Below are positions 49,674 to 59,260 of a DNA stretch of 64,000 bases, in pieces. The notes under the pieces are model-generated. The model saw nothing but the letters and a program-made list of their open reading frames with translations. It was not told where the DNA came from and did not search any database. Every line of letters begins with the position of its first letter. Within the stretch, counting starts at the first letter, position 1. Source of the DNA: a virus. Both the position numbers and the translations under genes were made by a program. The stretch covers positions 32,001-96,000 of IMG/VR virus record IMGVR_UViG_3300025405_000009; one strand, written 5' to 3'.

Positions 49674-50734
49674 ACGTTACAAGCTCGCTTATATAGATCG
49701 AGACAGTACGTTATTATCTGATTTTTATTTTCAATATCAAGCACGTTTACAAATTCTTCTATTGTTTTTTGCATATCTACACCTGCAGCTTCATAGTTAT
49801 GATCGTCAACGGTAATAGAGTTATTAAAGAGAGAGTAGTCAACAGAAAATGAAAATGGTTTAAATTCATTCATTTTTTTAATTAATGCCTCAATTCCATC
49901 TTCTTTTGCTTTTTTATCAATAACAAGTTTAATGATACTATTATTAACAAGTTTTTTTACATCCTCACCACTCAGACTTTTATGTGATGTAAGCTCAGTA
50001 AGAGTAATTTTTTTATGCTTTGGTGATAATTTATTTTCGTAAAAAGTATATGTACTGGATGGTATATCTAAGATATAATATCCTTTTGTACTACCTGCGT
50101 CACCAAAATCCATTTCAAAAGGATTACCGACATAAACAATAGTACCATCATTATATTTTCTTTCATCACGTAGATGAAAGTGACCTGTCATAACTAGATC
50201 TGCTTTTTCTAAAAGGTTAGCAGACTTAGCTCCGTGGTCACATGACTTAAAACTATTCATTTTAAAACTTTCTATTTCTAAGTGACCAAACATAATATCT
50301 ACCTCATTAACACTATCAATATTAGCACCCCATGGTAAAAATAATACTTTTTTACCAAACAGAGTAGTTTCAGTAGCGGCATCAATAACGGTAATATTTT
50401 TTCTTCCATTAAGAATTGATAATGAATTTACATCTGATCTATCTTTATAAAAAGCATCATGATTACCAACAATAAAAACCATATTAAAGTTTTTTAATTT
50501 TTGTAAGATCTGTGCAGCAATATGTAACGTAGAAACAGATATATCACTACGGTAATGAAAAAAATCTCCTAAAAAGAAAATATCCGTAATGCCTCTTTTA
50601 GTTAAATCCTCTACAAACCAATCACACCAGGCAAGTGCAGTTTCATGCCATACAATTGAATCTTGATGTACACCAAGATGAAGGTCTGAAAAAATTGCTA
50701 CTTTTGATTGTTTAATGTTTATCTCACTCGTCAT
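49670..50734 (-). CDS. gp47: Recombination nuclease, gp47/SbcD/Mre11-like (start probably ATG 50734)
   Basis: SDLHLG, LGDFF, VGNHD, GHLE, GHFH, YVGNP. Confidence 0.92.
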   Translation of the reverse strand: MTSEINIKQSKVAIFSDLHLGVHQDSIVWHETALAWCDWFVEDLTKRGITDIFFLGDFFHYRSDISVSTLHIAAQILQKLKNFNMVFIVGNHDAFYKDRSDVNSLSILNGRKNITVIDAATETTLFGKKVLFLPWGANIDSVNEVDIMFGHLEIESFKMNSFKSCDHGAKSANLLEKADLVMTGHFHLRDERKYNDGTIVYVGNPFEMDFGDAGSTKGYYILDIPSSTYTFYENKLSPKHKKITLTELTSHKSLSGEDVKKLVNNSIIKLVIDKKAKEDGIEALIKKMNEFKPFSFSVDYSLFNNSITVDDHNYEAAGVDMQKTIEEFVNVLDIENKNQIITYCLDLYKRACNV

Positions 50735-51362
50735 CACTTTCGTCATCTCCTGTTGGTTCAACATAGATGCTACCTGCACATGCATCACTTGCTTCAATCA
50801 TTAATTCTGTATAAACTTTTTCTCTATACTCGTTAATAGCTTCGTGATGCTTCTTTTCTTTTTTAATTCTATTAATAAATGCATGGAAGGCGATAGTTGT
50901 AAAATAAGAGAATGGACTAAATCCTGAATCAATCTTAAATTTTTTATTCTTTAAAGCAGAAAACATTTTAACTATTGCATCACCTACCATGTCTTCTTTA
51001 TAACTATAATTTAAAAAATTAGGTGCATAAGAAAGGCCGTTAGCAATTTTATTTAAACTTTCACCGAGCTTAATTGTAATATTACCTGTATTATAATAGT
51101 TACGAATTTCATCTTCAAATTCTTTACTGTTTACATAATGAACTTTATCTTTTGGTTTAATCTTTTTAGGTGCAGCTTCAGGTACAATTTCTTCTATTAA
51201 TTTAACCGGATCAATTTTAAGTAAACTATCAATTCCAGCATCACCAAAAATTTCTTCTTGTGGTACATCGGATACAACTTCACTAAGCAAAGATATTATC
51301 TTAGGCTTTGCCTTAGTTTTCTTGTATGGTTTTTTCGGTGTAGATAATGGTTTCTTTTTCAT
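50724..51362 (-). CDS. gp55: Late transcription sigma factor
   Basis: HYVNSKEF, IANGLSYAPNF.NYSYKEDMVGDAI, PFSYFTTIAFHAFINRIKKEKK. Confidence 0.92.
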   Translation of the reverse strand: MKKKPLSTPKKPYKKTKAKPKIISLLSEVVSDVPQEEIFGDAGIDSLLKIDPVKLIEEIVPEAAPKKIKPKDKVHYVNSKEFEDEIRNYYNTGNITIKLGESLNKIANGLSYAPNFLNYSYKEDMVGDAIVKMFSALKNKKFKIDSGFSPFSYFTTIAFHAFINRIKKEKKHHEAINEYREKVYTELMIEASDACAGSIYVEPTGDDESDDE

Positions 51363-52761
51363 ATAAAGCTTTTCTTTTTTCAGAGTGTAATAGACTATAA
51401 TGTAAGTTATCAGCTATATCAAATATTATAAGCTGGTCCTTATCCTTATGCAACCTAAGACCTCGACCAATTGACTGGACTATTTTAATCTTAGCTTTAC
51501 CTCCGCATGCAAAAATTATATAATGCAAATTTTTAATATTAATTCCTGTAGAAAAAATTTTAGAAATAGCTACAACAATGACATCATTGTTTGTTTCCAT
51601 AAGCTTACGAATACGATCACGTTCCTCAATTTCTACTTCTCCTCGTACAAAAAAGACTTGTTTATTAGGTGCTTCTTGTTTAATGTGATTATACAACAGC
51701 TCACCGTGTTCAATATAATCAACCATAACAAGAGCATTATTAGGAAGTTTAGTGCTTAACTTAGTTATTATTTTATTTCTAAAATTACTTACAATAAGTC
51801 GTTGAAGTTCTTTACGGTAAGTAATTTTTTTATTATCTTTGTGTAATAAATTAAGAATTGTTATCTGTACATTACTAACATAGCTATCCTGTCTTAAATC
51901 ATGACTATTCTTTTCATATATAACAGGGCCTATCTTACCAATAATATTCCATTGATCAAGTACATCCTCAGGCATTGTACCAGTAAATCCAAAACGGTAA
52001 GGTGTTGTAACAATTTTAAAAATATCATTAACTTTATTGCCTTTTCTTACTTTATGTACTTCATCCACAATTAGCACATCAATGTCAGCAAGCCAAGATA
52101 TATCACTATTTTTACTTTGTAAAATACCAAGATTAGCTACAATTACTTCCGAGTTTAAATTTATATCATCGTCACCTGTCCACTTTGAAACACTAAATGG
52201 AACACCATAATCTTTAAAATCTTGTGTAGTCTGCTCCACTAGTCCTCTATCTGGAACAACAAAGAGAGCCCTAAAGCTCCCTTTGTTAAACTGTGATTTA
52301 TACAGGTTATATGCTTTAGTTAAAAGTGTTGCCGAGGTAAGAGTTTTACCACCGGCTGTAGCTAAAATAATAGTACCTCTACCTAGGCCTAGACACTTTT
52401 TAACAATATCCTCCTGATAATCTCTTAGAGGTAAATTTAATTTTGGTAACTCGTAATCAAAGTCTAATTGCTGTTGCCAGGTATGACGAGCAGGGTAAAC
52501 AATATCTTGAAGTTCCTTACTACTAGTTACTTCTCCAACGTATTGACAGCTACGAATGTAGTCTTTTATAGCAAAATATAGACATGGCTCAAAACGACCA
52601 GTAGGAGTAATTGCATATGTTCTAGGTGGCATGAACCTACCATACCTACGCATAAACACAGCTGCTTCATTTTTAACAGAAAAGTGCTCACGTATGTCAG
52701 AAAGCATGTCTCCTGACAAAATACCAACTTTCTTCTTACTGTCATACGTAAACTCAATCAT
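51313..52761 (-). CDS. uvsW: SF2 DNA helicase UvsW
   Basis: LRDYQ, ATAGGKT, DEVH, GFTGT, FSTGINIKNLH, QSIGRGLR. Confidence 0.93.
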   Translation of the reverse strand: MIEFTYDSKKKVGILSGDMLSDIREHFSVKNEAAVFMRRYGRFMPPRTYAITPTGRFEPCLYFAIKDYIRSCQYVGEVTSSKELQDIVYPARHTWQQQLDFDYELPKLNLPLRDYQEDIVKKCLGLGRGTIILATAGGKTLTSATLLTKAYNLYKSQFNKGSFRALFVVPDRGLVEQTTQDFKDYGVPFSVSKWTGDDDINLNSEVIVANLGILQSKNSDISWLADIDVLIVDEVHKVRKGNKVNDIFKIVTTPYRFGFTGTMPEDVLDQWNIIGKIGPVIYEKNSHDLRQDSYVSNVQITILNLLHKDNKKITYRKELQRLIVSNFRNKIITKLSTKLPNNALVMVDYIEHGELLYNHIKQEAPNKQVFFVRGEVEIEERDRIRKLMETNNDVIVVAISKIFSTGINIKNLHYIIFACGGKAKIKIVQSIGRGLRLHKDKDQLIIFDIADNLHYSLLHSEKRKALYEKETIIYTEKTIQEN

Positions 52762-52762
52762 C

Positions 52763-53152
52763 TTAGGTCATTTCGAGTTTCATAATCTCGATAAGGTTTT
52801 TAATATCGAAGGTAGTACTACTAAGAGTTTTTTCAGATTTTTCAAGTAACTCAATAATTAACTCTGTTTCTTGTATCTTTGTAGTAAATTCCTGAATTCT
52901 ACTATGTCTATCAGCTGTTGAAGAAATAACAGGCTGGGTAAGCTTAACAGGGCTTGTATTATTAATTTCTGACATAATGTCATTTTTAACTGTTTCCCTT
53001 TGCTTCTTAAGAGAATTAACGTTCATACGCATTCTTATCAATCTACCAGCCCATTTATGTTTAATTGCAGGTAAGCGTAACTGATAGTCCTTAAGATTCA
53101 ATTCATTAATCTTTAAGTCCTCTTCAAGCTCTTTAATGATTTCTTCTAACAT
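52763..53152 (-). CDS. uvsY: Recombination mediator UvsY-like (start probably ATG 53152)
   Basis: DLKINE..L......P..KHKW, C-terminal FDIKNLIE..KL; adjacent to uvsW. Confidence 0.7.
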   Translation of the reverse strand: MLEEIIKELEEDLKINELNLKDYQLRLPAIKHKWAGRLIRMRMNVNSLKKQRETVKNDIMSEINNTSPVKLTQPVISSTADRHSRIQEFTTKIQETELIIELLEKSEKTLSSTTFDIKNLIEIMKLEMT

Positions 53153-53187
53153 TAAGCTTAAGTATATATTACAGTAACTAAAAATCA

Positions 53188-53472
53188 ATGAGTAATTTTA
53201 ACAAACTATTTGATGTAATTATGGAGGATTTAACGAATTCTGCAGCAACAGCATTTACCTCACCTAGTATACCACCAGCAGGCAGTACAGGTGGTCACTT
53301 TCCAGGGAGTGGTGATCCGGCTGTAGGTGGTTATAATGGCGGTGATGCACGCTGGGCCTTTGGAAAAGAGAACTTTAAAATAGCTAAACCATCAAAACCA
53401 GGTAAGAAAGATAAGAAGCCAAAGGTACCTAAAATTAAAATGCAACGTAGAAATTTGGCTCCATCAATGTAA
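53188..53472 (+). CDS. Small hypothetical protein, CTS-like leader, Lys/Pro-rich tail
   Basis: MSNFNKLFDVIMED; 94 aa. Confidence 0.6.
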   Translation: MSNFNKLFDVIMEDLTNSAATAFTSPSIPPAGSTGGHFPGSGDPAVGGYNGGDARWAFGKENFKIAKPSKPGKKDKKPKVPKIKMQRRNLAPSM

Positions 53473-53480
53473 GTTACTAG

Positions 53481-53912
53481 ATGGAATTAGGTCACTGGCA
53501 GTTAAATGAAGGTATCACCGTTTCCGGTGAGTTTTTTGGTTTTATCTATGAAATAACCAATTCTATTAATAATAAGAAGTACATTGGTAAGAAACAATGT
53601 CAAAGTAGACTCAAGCGCAAACCACTTAAAGGTAAGAGGCGAAACAGAATTGATTACGTTGATTCAGATTGGCGTGAGTATACCAGTTCATCCAATGAAC
53701 TTAATGAGGATATTATAAAATACGGTAAAGATAAGTTTATTTTTAAAATTATAAAAATTTGTAATTCAAAATGGGCCCTAGCGTATTATGAAATAAAGGA
53801 ACAAATTCAACAGGATGTCTTAATGCGCGAGGATTATTATAATGGCATTATAAATGTACGAATTGGCCGAATTCCAAAGGGAGAGTTGCAGTCTTTTAAA
53901 AATCAAGTATAA
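53481..53912 (+). CDS. Small GIY-YIG family endonuclease
   Basis: GFIYEITN..NNKKYIGKK, SDWREY.SSS.EL..DI..YGKDKF, YYN..I. Confidence 0.8.
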   Translation: MELGHWQLNEGITVSGEFFGFIYEITNSINNKKYIGKKQCQSRLKRKPLKGKRRNRIDYVDSDWREYTSSSNELNEDIIKYGKDKFIFKIIKICNSKWALAYYEIKEQIQQDVLMREDYYNGIINVRIGRIPKGELQSFKNQV

Positions 53913-53919
53913 TCTGGAT

Positions 53920-54480
53920 ATGATCCAGGAGATAGCACCAATTCAGTATAATTTTAAAATTATTGACTTTTCTTCTGTAAGTAAAGAAATTTCAAGATTA
54001 ATGTTAGCTGACATGGAAAAATACGGTTTTTTAGAGAATCCAAAATTTTCTAAGGATATTAAACGCCTGCTATTACATCATACAATTCATAGTATTTGTA
54101 ATTTTTTTCTTAAAAATAAAAAAGGTACACCTGTTATTCTATATTTTGAGATTCTTGGATATTTTACTAAATTTCATGCTTTTTACGGTGAAAGTGAAGT
54201 TAATAGGTATTTGCATAACATTATGTTGAAACTTAAAAAAATATTACCGGTACGCATTTATATTGGAAGTATACCATTTGAAGAGTTAAAACAAGCAGTT
54301 GATAAAAACACAGGAGAAGGTATAGATTTTCTTAAAACTATAGAAATTCACCTTACACGATATGACTTTAGTAAATATACATTTAGTCGTATCAAACAAT
54401 ATGTAGCACGTTATAAATTAACTTTTTTAAGTAAAGATTACTTTAACCAATTAAAAACAAAAAACCTTCTATTTACATAA
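53920..54480 (+). CDS. Hypothetical protein; weak resemblance to the N-terminus of T4 RNase H
   Basis: IIDFSS...RLLLHHTIHSI...VILYFE; start uncertain (53854 or 53920). Confidence 0.5.
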   Translation: MIQEIAPIQYNFKIIDFSSVSKEISRLMLADMEKYGFLENPKFSKDIKRLLLHHTIHSICNFFLKNKKGTPVILYFEILGYFTKFHAFYGESEVNRYLHNIMLKLKKILPVRIYIGSIPFEELKQAVDKNTGEGIDFLKTIEIHLTRYDFSKYTFSRIKQYVARYKLTFLSKDYFNQLKTKNLLFT

Positions 54481-54488
54481 ATAATTGT

Positions 54489-54914
54489 GTGAAATTCACT
54501 GATCGTATTGATAATTACCTTACCCTTTTAAGCGAGCAAGACCCGGGAACTCCTGAAGCACCTGCTGCAGACGCTACAACACCTGATCCAAATGCAGCTC
54601 CTGCTGCAACCGGAGAACAACAACCAGCAGATATAGCTCCTGCGGGTTACGTAGATCTTGTAAAATTACTTGTAAAAGCAACTGCAATGAATTTTCCAGA
54701 AGGTGACCTTGATCAATTGTATCAAACAGTCGTTACTAAAGAAAACGCTTTTACCGTTCGTGATGCTGTAAAAGATGCATTAACAATGTATGAAGGTGAT
54801 AATATGATGAGATTAGATAATCCTAATTATAAATCATTTTTAGATTCAATTAATACAAATAACCTTTATCTTAAACTTAATAAGATTAAATCAATTATTA
54901 ACAGTAGAGCTTAA
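54489..54914 (+). CDS. Hypothetical late protein, CTS-like leader
   Basis: CATAAATA 54476..54483, 5 nt before GTG; MKFTDRIDNYLTLLSE. Confidence 0.7.
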   Translation: MKFTDRIDNYLTLLSEQDPGTPEAPAADATTPDPNAAPAATGEQQPADIAPAGYVDLVKLLVKATAMNFPEGDLDQLYQTVVTKENAFTVRDAVKDALTMYEGDNMMRLDNPNYKSFLDSINTNNLYLKLNKIKSIINSRA

Positions 54915-54918
54915 AAAT

Positions 54919-55692
54919 ATGTACAAAAGCTTAAAAGACGTTTACGTAAAAGAATCATTTGCACGCCCGGTGCCGCCACCTTATATGCGTTATATAATTA
55001 ACGAAAGCGGTGAGGGTATAATTTATCCTTTTGAAGTAACAAGTGTTAGAACAGGTAAGGATTTAATTGAGCTTTTTGATGATGCTGCTAAAACATTAGG
55101 AATTAAACATATTGATTTTAATAATGCTTTGCAAAAAGAAGTTACTGTTTTATATACACATGATCATGCAGTAACAAAACGACTTAGTGCTTGGTTACAT
55201 GAACTCGATAATCCTAATAGTGAAATGATTTCTTTAGCTAATGGCAGAAAAATACGTGCTATTGGGTTTGAAAATTATAATAATATTTTTGACAAATTAC
55301 CGCTTAGTACGACTGTAAAAGATGGTAATGACGTACAGGTGAGACGTGCAATAGCTGGTGCTGTATTTTTACACGCTGCAATTTTAATGGGTAAAATTCT
55401 TAAAGAAAGAATGCACGAAGAGATTGGTCATACAGGTGGTCATGCAGGTGTTGTAATTAAAGATTTAAAATTTAAAGATAGAAAAGTTAAATTACCTGTT
55501 AAATTTGATATTGAATTCAACAAAACAAAAGAACAAGATAATAATGATCTAAACGGTGCCAGTGCATTTAGTTCACAAGATAATAATTATAGTAATCCAA
55601 ATGATAGCAAAACAAATTTTGCTATTGCACCTTATGGTTCTAATGGTGGTATAGCGAGTCCAGATAGCGCTGCTTTTGACAGAACAATTTAA
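54919..55692 (+). CDS. Hypothetical protein, CTS-like leader
   Basis: 257 aa; MYKSLKDVYVKE...IINE. Confidence 0.65.
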   Translation: MYKSLKDVYVKESFARPVPPPYMRYIINESGEGIIYPFEVTSVRTGKDLIELFDDAAKTLGIKHIDFNNALQKEVTVLYTHDHAVTKRLSAWLHELDNPNSEMISLANGRKIRAIGFENYNNIFDKLPLSTTVKDGNDVQVRRAIAGAVFLHAAILMGKILKERMHEEIGHTGGHAGVVIKDLKFKDRKVKLPVKFDIEFNKTKEQDNNDLNGASAFSSQDNNYSNPNDSKTNFAIAPYGSNGGIASPDSAAFDRTI

Positions 55693-55694
55693 TA

Positions 55695-58271
55695 ATGAAA
55701 TTCAACAGCTACGCTCAATTAATTCTTGATGCTATTGAATTAAATAGACTTAAGAGTTCTTTGTTTGAAAGTGTAGTTAGAGATTCAAATAAAGGTTATT
55801 TTCTTTTAGAAGGCGGTCAAGCTGCTGAAAATCTTACCGGTGATTTAATTGCCGCAACAGGTAATGATAAACTTCATTATACAAGAGCAACACCTACTCC
55901 AGAAGTTGTAAAAGAAGTTCAAGAGTTATTATCTTTATTACGTAAAAAAAATTATGTTGATTCAAGAGAGTCTTCTTTTTATCTTGGATCAAGTCGTCTG
56001 TTTGCAATTAAAGCCGGTATCAAACCGCCTACACCAAATGAAATAGAAACTAAAGAAATAATTCAAAAAGCTCTTCAAGCAAAAACAGATTTTGGTGATA
56101 TTGATTTAGATGTTTATTTAAATGACGGTGTAACAATGCATGACGTCGCAAACTTTTTAACACAAACATTTCCTCAAAAATATGCTGCAGAGGTAGTTGG
56201 TGAAGAAATTAACACAGCTGTTGTTTTAGGTAACACAAATAACATAATTCAAATTGATATTGTTAATATTAAAGGCAAAGAAAAATATTTTGGTGTATCT
56301 CAATTTGCTAGTATGGCAGATATAGCTGAAGGTATTAAGGGTGCAGTAAGAGATTTAATGATTAGAGCAATTGCTGCATCAACACCTATTACTCCCGTTA
56401 AGACTCAAGCATTAGATAATGCTGTTAAAAATACAGAAGAGTATAAAAATTTTGTAGCTAAAAATAATAAACTCGGTCCTGTTACTTACAATATAAGATA
56501 TACTCTTGGTGGTGAAGGTCTTGCGTATAAAATTACTTGGAAGGCTGGAGATAAAGAAAAAACATATAGTAAGAATGGTGTTAAGTTTGATCAACTTCAA
56601 CGATTTGTTAGCGGTAAAGAAGTAACGCCCGTAGCGTATGAAGATATTGATACATTAGCTGCTATCTTAGGATTTAAAAATGCTGAAGATATGAAGCATG
56701 TTGTTAAAATGTCTGAACTTATTTCAACATTTGATCAAGAGCGTAGACAAAAAATTTGGGATGTACTTGTAAAAAATATAAAAACAAAGCTTCCAAATCC
56801 TGCTACAGGTAGAAATCAAGGTCAAATGACAGTACAGGAAGCTAAAAATGCTTTGTCTTATCTTAGGCCATTTTTTGGTAATATCAATACTTCAGAAGAA
56901 GAACAGGCCTTTAATGAAAGTGTATTTATTGAAGAAAAAGCCGTTAAGATGGTTTCAATTCCACATATTGATCAAATGACTCCAAAAGATTTTTGCAGTC
57001 TTTTTAGTGGTGGTGCTTGGGAGGTATCTGAAAAGTATGACGGTTCGAATGTTTCGTTTGGTCTAACGGATGAAGGGCAAATATTTGTAAAATCTAAAAA
57101 AGGCAACCCGGTTACATCTTCAGCTGAGTTTTATCAATTTGCTAAATCATATGATAATGATATTTTTGATGGATTTGGTAGACTATTAGAAACTCTTCAA
57201 AAAAGTAATGTAGCTAATTTGTTTAAAACATTTGAACAAAAAGTTGGCGCACCAATACAAATTTTTGGTGAAATGTTTAGCAAAGCACATATGAATGTCA
57301 TACCATACGCTGCTGATTTAATTGGTAAAGGAGCTGTTGTTGTATTTGGTGTTGTTAAACTAGATACACCAAAAGGTACTGACATTTCAACTACACCAGA
57401 AGGATTAGAAATTAAGAAACAAATTATTACTGCTTTAAATGGTAAGGAGGGTTGGAATTTTTATGATAAAGAGCCTCTACAGTTAAAAATTAGTGATGAA
57501 GTAAAACAGCAAATTACTAAGACCTGTAGTGCTGAAAATATGGCTGTAATGGCTTCAAGAAAGAGAACGGGTAATGAAGCTGAAGCAAAGTCCAAAGCAG
57601 TAGCTGAATTTAAAATTTTACAAACTATGATAAAGAAGTCTCTTCTTGGATCCGTAGGTACTGAGCCTTCTTCATTAGGTGCTGCTGAGATTGAAGGTGC
57701 TATTATTCGTAATATACAAACAGGTGCAATTGCTAAGCTAGTTGACTTAGAAGGTTTTGGAAGACGTAGAGCTGAACAATGGGCAGGTGTTGATGCGTTG
57801 AAAGATTATCGTAAGTCACTCTTTAATCAGCTTAAAGATGATGTATTAAAGAATGCTGATATATTTGTATTAGATGATAAGCAGGTACAAAAACTTACTG
57901 ATGCAATGGAAATAAAAGGTGCTAGATTTAGTACTTTAGATGAAATGCTTAATGTACTTTACGGTGATGCTGCTGAAGAGATTGAGTTTAAAGATGCTAA
58001 TCAAATGGTACATGATCTTACAGCATCGTTACAAAAATATAAAAAAGATATTGAACAAGCTTTATTTAAAATTAATAAGAATGATCAAAAAGCTGTTCAA
58101 GATACAACTGCTGCCATTAAAGCTGAAAGATCAAGAATAGATCAATTTATTACTGAACTTAATACAAGATTACAAGGTAATCAAAATCCTTATCTATCCG
58201 TTATTAAATTCGTTCTAGGTCCTAAGACAATAGAAGAGTTAACAAATAAGTTTTTAGCCACAATAAAGTAA
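55695..58271 (+). CDS. Two-domain protein: Pol-beta-type nucleotidyltransferase plus ATP-dependent ligase-fold domain
   Basis: N-half LGSS...FGDIDLDV...IQIDI. C-half EKYDG (motif I), IFGE (III), VVFGV (IIIa), IEGAII (IV), AKLV (V). Helical C-terminus. Confidence 0.7.
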   Translation: MKFNSYAQLILDAIELNRLKSSLFESVVRDSNKGYFLLEGGQAAENLTGDLIAATGNDKLHYTRATPTPEVVKEVQELLSLLRKKNYVDSRESSFYLGSSRLFAIKAGIKPPTPNEIETKEIIQKALQAKTDFGDIDLDVYLNDGVTMHDVANFLTQTFPQKYAAEVVGEEINTAVVLGNTNNIIQIDIVNIKGKEKYFGVSQFASMADIAEGIKGAVRDLMIRAIAASTPITPVKTQALDNAVKNTEEYKNFVAKNNKLGPVTYNIRYTLGGEGLAYKITWKAGDKEKTYSKNGVKFDQLQRFVSGKEVTPVAYEDIDTLAAILGFKNAEDMKHVVKMSELISTFDQERRQKIWDVLVKNIKTKLPNPATGRNQGQMTVQEAKNALSYLRPFFGNINTSEEEQAFNESVFIEEKAVKMVSIPHIDQMTPKDFCSLFSGGAWEVSEKYDGSNVSFGLTDEGQIFVKSKKGNPVTSSAEFYQFAKSYDNDIFDGFGRLLETLQKSNVANLFKTFEQKVGAPIQIFGEMFSKAHMNVIPYAADLIGKGAVVVFGVVKLDTPKGTDISTTPEGLEIKKQIITALNGKEGWNFYDKEPLQLKISDEVKQQITKTCSAENMAVMASRKRTGNEAEAKSKAVAEFKILQTMIKKSLLGSVGTEPSSLGAAEIEGAIIRNIQTGAIAKLVDLEGFGRRRAEQWAGVDALKDYRKSLFNQLKDDVLKNADIFVLDDKQVQKLTDAMEIKGARFSTLDEMLNVLYGDAAEEIEFKDANQMVHDLTASLQKYKKDIEQALFKINKNDQKAVQDTTAAIKAERSRIDQFITELNTRLQGNQNPYLSVIKFVLGPKTIEELTNKFLATIK

Positions 58272-58272
58272 A

Positions 58273-58911
58273 TTAACGTCTCTTTTTACTTTCAAGAACT
58301 CTAACACATTCCAAAAGAACTTTTTCAATATTTTCTTTTGACTCATTACGTACTGTGCGCTTAATTTGATTAACAATACTACTACCGCCATTGTTAATAC
58401 TATCAATAAAATCTTGAGCTGAACCTTCTTCAATTTCTTCAGCATGTCCTTCAACTTCATCTCTATATTGCTCATAATCTTTATAAGCAAATACAGCGTT
58501 TAAATCATCAAATGATTGTGTAATTTTAGCTGCAATCCATGGTGATAATTCTTCTTCATCCTTAACAAGCTCGTGTAACATGGCAGCCATTTTAGCAATT
58601 CTAAAACATTGCTGTTTAGCCATATAACCATTTGTTTCATGTGAGTTACGATGATCTTCAATACCTTCATTATCATACCCGCTATGTACTGGTTTATCAG
58701 CAAATACCATATCATCTTCTTCACTTGCTTCACATGGACATTTTGGCTTTGTTTGCTTACACTTTAAGCATACTCTCATAGGAGCTTGATTAATAGCACC
58801 ATTAGATGAAGCGGCCGTTGTATGATCGAGAACTGATCCCGTTTCATCAGATTCTCTATAGACGCGTTGATTATAAATTTCATTGAGGAGGTTAAAGTCC
58901 TTGGCAAACAT
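58273..58911 (-). CDS. Hypothetical late protein with CxxC...CPC and an MAK.Q...WIAAKIT helical segment (start ATG 58911)
   Basis: TAAATA 58919..58924, 7 nt upstream; MFAKDFNLLNEIY leader. Confidence 0.7.
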   Translation of the reverse strand: MFAKDFNLLNEIYNQRVYRESDETGSVLDHTTAASSNGAINQAPMRVCLKCKQTKPKCPCEASEEDDMVFADKPVHSGYDNEGIEDHRNSHETNGYMAKQQCFRIAKMAAMLHELVKDEEELSPWIAAKITQSFDDLNAVFAYKDYEQYRDEVEGHAEEIEEGSAQDFIDSINNGGSSIVNQIKRTVRNESKENIEKVLLECVRVLESKKRR

Positions 58912-58950
58912 ATACAATTATTTAGTCTATATGTGCATAAATAATTGTAT
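58912..58950. repeat. 13-bp perfect inverted repeat formed by two divergent late promoters plus leaders
   Basis: ATACAATTATTTA (58912..58924) / TAAATAATTGTAT (58938..58950). Confidence 0.8.
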
Positions 58951-59260
58951 GTCATGTCTATTTGAATCACGTTTCATAGAGATCTTAAATGAAAAGAAAG
59001 CTCCAAGTTTATCTATTAAGCGTGGAGAAAAATTACCTGTTAATCGTGGAGGTGGCTTAACAGCCAAGGGTAGAGCAAAATATAACCGCGCTACCGGATC
59101 ACACCTTAAAGCTCCAGTAACTGGTAAGGCTAAAAAAGGATCTAAAGCTTCAAAACGTAGAAAGAGTTTTTGTGCAAGAAGTAGCGCTTGGATTCCAGCT
59201 GGAGGTTGTGCTGGTAAGAAGACTCGTGGATGCGCAGCAAGAAGGAGATGGAAATGTTAA
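58949..59260 (+). CDS. Small very basic Cys-containing protein (GGLTAKGRAKYN...RRKSFCAR type); start revised to 58949
   Basis: TAAATA 5 nt upstream; Lys/Arg-rich; ends RRRWKC. Confidence 0.7.
   Translation: MSCLFESRFIEILNEKKAPSLSIKRGEKLPVNRGGGLTAKGRAKYNRATGSHLKAPVTGKAKKGSKASKRRKSFCARSSAWIPAGGCAGKKTRGCAARRRWKC

Noticed and set aside
53481-53912. Mobile homing endonuclease or intron
   Set aside because: Short single-domain GIY-YIG without a DNA-binding extension, free-standing, with no interrupted host gene
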